Of a stretch of DNA of 64,000 nucleotides, positions 63,773-64,000 are shown one piece after another. Origin of the DNA: Octopus sinensis. Taxonomy: Eukaryota. The stretch is taken from assembly GCF_006345805.1 (NCBI RefSeq), contig NC_042999.1, positions 88,412,001 to 88,476,000 of the forward strand, written 5' to 3'. The position numbers and the translations under genes were made by a program. Every line of letters begins with the position of its first letter. The stretch's first letter is position 1. Under the pieces are notes generated by a model. It saw nothing but the letters and a program-made list of their open reading frames with translations, searched no databases and was not told the DNA's origin.

Positions 63773-64000
63773 ATATGCATATATCTCAAACAATGAAATC
63801 AAAGAAATGATTTGTACAGTACACAACGGTCATATCTGCAACACTGGCATATCCTTGTATAATCATATCGTATATCAGATTCATTGTATATTTCAATCAG
63901 AAAGCATCTCCACATACCTGTACCATCTTTCCAAAAACGACTTGAAAATGTTGACGCATAAACAAGAAGGTGCAGATGTCATTAATGCAAAGCCCAAAAT

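Overview
AT-rich eukaryotic DNA, almost certainly cephalopod (Octopus-like), judged from recurring tRNA-derived SINE families and dense microsatellites; this assignment is my inference and no database was searched. I find no intact host protein-coding gene, and most ORF-track entries are microsatellite read-throughs or fragments of decayed transposable elements. Retroelements: decayed L1/Tx1, RTE, R4/Dong, CR1 and Penelope-like elements, a young non-autonomous LTR element (607-bp LTRs, tRNA-Trp PBS, PPT, 4-bp TSD) and many SINEs. DNA transposons: Tc1 (with an intron), mariner, pogo, hAT/Buster, piggyBac and several MITEs. The most notable signal is a type I hammerhead ribozyme on the minus strand (21189-21247) with every catalytic core residue present. 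It sits in a ~220-250-nt non-coding mobile unit, and a second copy of that unit (17400-17675) forms a Penelope-style fold-back insertion. Together these suggest a retrozyme-like or PLE-dependent non-autonomous element family.
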